This document shows, piece after piece, positions 32,913-34,685 of a DNA stretch of 34,685 nt. Source of the stretch: Myxococcota bacterium (lineage in GTDB: Bacteria > Myxococcota_A > UBA9042 > DTJE01); contig JAGOFO010000008.1 in NCBI GenBank assembly GCA_017997155.1, positions 1 through 34,685 of the forward strand, read 5' to 3'. The notes beneath the pieces were generated by a model, which had not been told where the DNA came from, did no database searches, and saw only the letters and a program-made list of their open reading frames with translations. Made by a program: the position numbers and the translations under genes. Each line of letters opens with the position of its first letter. The stretch's first letter is position 1.

Positions 32913-34274
32913 TTAAGGCTGCGCTGGCGCGCTGGCAGGGATTTCGACGCGATCCAGTTCGTTTCCGTCGAGGTCCATGAAGCGCACGGTCATCTGGTCG
33001 CAGCCGGTCTCGACGATGGCGAAGTTATGAACGTAGTTGTACGTCCACGGCTGCGGCAGGCCGGGGTCGGGTTCGCAGAACTGGTCGAGCGAGCCGCCGA
33101 GGCCGCCCGGGAGCAGAAGGTTCACGTCGTCCAGCACACCGTATTCGTAGCCGTGCATGTGACCACTGAAGATGGCCTGGATCCCGTTGGCCGTGGCCAG
33201 AGCCATCAGCGTGACCCTGAGGCAGTTTTCGCCGTTGTAGCCGTCGCAGCTTCCCCAGCCCTGGCACCACGGTGGTTCATGAATGAAGAACAGGCGCCAC
33301 TGAGCCGTCTTGAATTCCTCGGACTCGAAACGCTTCTTGAAGTAGGCAACCTCACCGAAGTCAGCCTCGGGCGGCGAGAAATAGAAATCGCGAATCCAGC
33401 CACCGCCCATCCAGACGTTGCCGATGCGGTGATCCCAGTATCCTTCCCCGAAACCGACTTCGACTTCTTCCGGACTGCCGATTGGACTGACAAATGTATT
33501 GAAGAACTCGTGTTCGCGGGTCGTGGAACTGAGGCCCGTGTCATGATTGCCTATGACGGTCCAGACGTTCACGCGGCTGCCCAGGTTCTGCAGTCCCAGC
33601 ATCGTGTCGTCATACTGTTCTACCTCGGGCTCGCGCACGAAGTCTCCGACGCCGAAGGCGAAATCGACGCCTTCGTTGAGCGCGACCGCGGTCATCTTCC
33701 GCAGATTCTCGATATCGCTGTGGGCGTCCGCGAACACCGCGAACTTCATGGGCGTCGGCGTGTCGGGCATGGTCCTGAAGGTCAGATCCTTTGTCTTCAG
33801 TTCGCCGACGCGCACGGAATAGGTGATTTCGGTGGCGGCGGGCAGCGCGTCCAGCACGATCTCGTACTGTCCATGTTCGTCCGGGGTTCCGCATACGCTT
33901 CGATTCTCACTGCCGACGATGAAGTCGACACAGCCTTCGTCGGTTGAAGGCGTGGCCGTTCGCCACATCACGGTGACCGTGTCGCGGTCCGACATCTGAA
34001 TGAATGGCCCACGCTTGAAAGTCGAGTCCTCGATCAAGGTCCATGTCGCGCCGGTCGGCGTGCCCGTGCATCCGGATTCCCAGTGGAATTCGGTCGTTTC
34101 GCTGCCCGTGTCTTCAAGGTTCCGTGCGTCGTCGGCAACATCTTCCGCCACTGCTACGTCCGCAACGTCAGTAACCGTGGCGTCCACCACATCCCGCGCG
34201 CCCTGACCGTCGCCGCAACCGGCGGCGCCTGCCGCGGCGGCCAGCGCCAGGACGATAAAAGCCAGTCTTCTCAT
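32913..34274 (-). CDS. Exported purple-acid-phosphatase-like metallophosphoesterase lipoprotein
   Basis: ATG 34274 lies 6 nt after GGAGGA. Signal peptide plus lipobox (LALAAAAGAAGC), an acidic linker, an FN3-like PAP N-domain (RGPFIQMSDRDTVTVMWRT), then metallophosphatase motifs FAVFADAH, GDFV, GNHD and SGHMHGYE. Confidence 0.85.
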   Translation of the reverse strand: MRRLAFIVLALAAAAGAAGCGDGQGARDVVDATVTDVADVAVAEDVADDARNLEDTGSETTEFHWESGCTGTPTGATWTLIEDSTFKRGPFIQMSDRDTVTVMWRTATPSTDEGCVDFIVGSENRSVCGTPDEHGQYEIVLDALPAATEITYSVRVGELKTKDLTFRTMPDTPTPMKFAVFADAHSDIENLRKMTAVALNEGVDFAFGVGDFVREPEVEQYDDTMLGLQNLGSRVNVWTVIGNHDTGLSSTTREHEFFNTFVSPIGSPEEVEVGFGEGYWDHRIGNVWMGGGWIRDFYFSPPEADFGEVAYFKKRFESEEFKTAQWRLFFIHEPPWCQGWGSCDGYNGENCLRVTLMALATANGIQAIFSGHMHGYEYGVLDDVNLLLPGGLGGSLDQFCEPDPGLPQPWTYNYVHNFAIVETGCDQMTVRFMDLDGNELDRVEIPASAPAQP

Positions 34275-34326
34275 CACGTGTCCTCCGGAGAGTCAAACAG
34301 AACGGAACAGGCCGGGGTCGTTCCGT

Positions 34327-34340
34327 CGCGGATTCTAGCA
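34327..34340 (-). promoter_or_regulatory. Extended -10-like element TGCTAGAATCCGCG (minus strand), copy 2
   Basis: Same 14-mer as at 32846-32859, ~50 nt upstream of the metallophosphoesterase start. A 7-bp hairpin (ACGGAAC/GTTCCGT, 34295-34319 on the plus strand) lies in the putative leader. Confidence 0.3.
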
Positions 34341-34407
34341 GAAACGATCTCGTTGACGAAATCTGATGTCCGGTATAGACAACGTCCAGAAAAGGAACAG
34401 GAAAGTT

Positions 34408-34685
34408 ATGCGAAGGGTTGTCTCCGGCTGCTTTGATGCGGGAATCAATTGCGTTTGTAAAGCGACTTCACGCCGTCTCGCGCTGGCCGCCGCGATGCTT
34501 TTTGTGTCGGCGGTCATCCTGTCTTGTTCGGGCGGTTCCGATACCGGGGACACAGGCCGTCTGGACGTCGACGTCAGGGACGCGGTCGACATGGACGCGA
34601 TCACGTCGGACACCGGGGCCGCGGACCTCGTTTCAGAGGGTCTGTTCCAAACCGATGCCGACCTGCCTGACACCGGGGACACGAC
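34408..34685 (+). CDS. Partial (5' end only) lipoprotein with acidic D/T-rich tether
   Basis: ATG 34408 follows AGGAACAGGAAAG. My translation is MRRVVSGCFDAGINCVCKATSRRLALAAAMLFVSAVILSCSGGSDTGDTGRLDVDVRDAVDMDAITSDTGAADLV..., open to the window end. It has a signal peptide, a lipobox (ILSC) and the same acidic linker style as the two neighbouring lipoproteins. It is not in the ORF track because it has no stop. Confidence 0.55.
   Translation, partial: MRRVVSGCFDAGINCVCKATSRRLALAAAMLFVSAVILSCSGGSDTGDTGRLDVDVRDAVDMDAITSDTGAADLVSEGLFQTDADLPDTGDT

Noticed and set aside
34335-34682. 115-aa minus-strand ORF at the window edge.
   Set aside because: It is antisense to a plus-strand frame that begins with an SD and a clear signal peptide plus lipobox. 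The minus-strand product is Ser/Arg/Thr/Pro-rich with no features.
1-34685. Looked for CRISPR arrays, long tandem repeats, IS or transposon ends, integrase or recombinase genes, prophage or toxin-antitoxin pairs, and known defence-system signatures.
   Set aside because: I saw no regularly spaced repeats and no transposase- or integrase-like translations. There are also no nuclease/helicase/ATPase combinations typical of known defence systems. By-eye repeat detection over 35 kb is incomplete, so a dot-plot self-comparison would be the proper check.

Overview
GC-rich bacterial (diderm-type) chromosomal segment with no rRNA, tRNA, CRISPR array, transposase or integrase that I can recognise. Four blocks. 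(1) 119-17248, plus strand: comEC, then a very compact division/cell-wall (dcw) cluster, mraZ-rsmH-ftsL-(TPR lipoprotein)-ftsI-murE-murF-ftsW-murG-murB-ftsQ-ftsA-ftsZ. Most junctions have 1-4 nt stop/start overlaps. The usual members mraY, murD, murC and ddl are absent from the cluster. (2) 17292-21633, minus strand: nifU-nifS (NIF-type Fe-S assembly), then a lipoprotein abutting an M19 dipeptidase. (3) 21796-25551, plus strand: a TerC-family protein and a P-type cation ATPase with a structured leader. (4) 25575-34685, the accessory-looking part. On the minus strand it holds an orphan NarL-type response regulator, a 68-aa Cys protein, a ~475-aa lipoprotein with about 49 Cys and an antistasin-like module, and a long KamA-family radical SAM enzyme. 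Next come a PfkB kinase, then a minus-strand run of purple-acid-phosphatase-like lipoprotein, ABC-2 permease and ABC ATPase, and a partial lipoprotein at the window edge. The best candidate for something undescribed is the regulator / small Cys protein / Cys-rich lipoprotein / extended KamA cluster, but its functional linkage is inference only. Other sequence-level oddities: an AT-rich perfect inverted repeat inside the TPR gene, phased TGG repeats before mraZ, and an identical 14-mer with an extended -10 look in two intergenic regions. All family calls rest on motifs read by eye from the translations; nothing was searched against a database.
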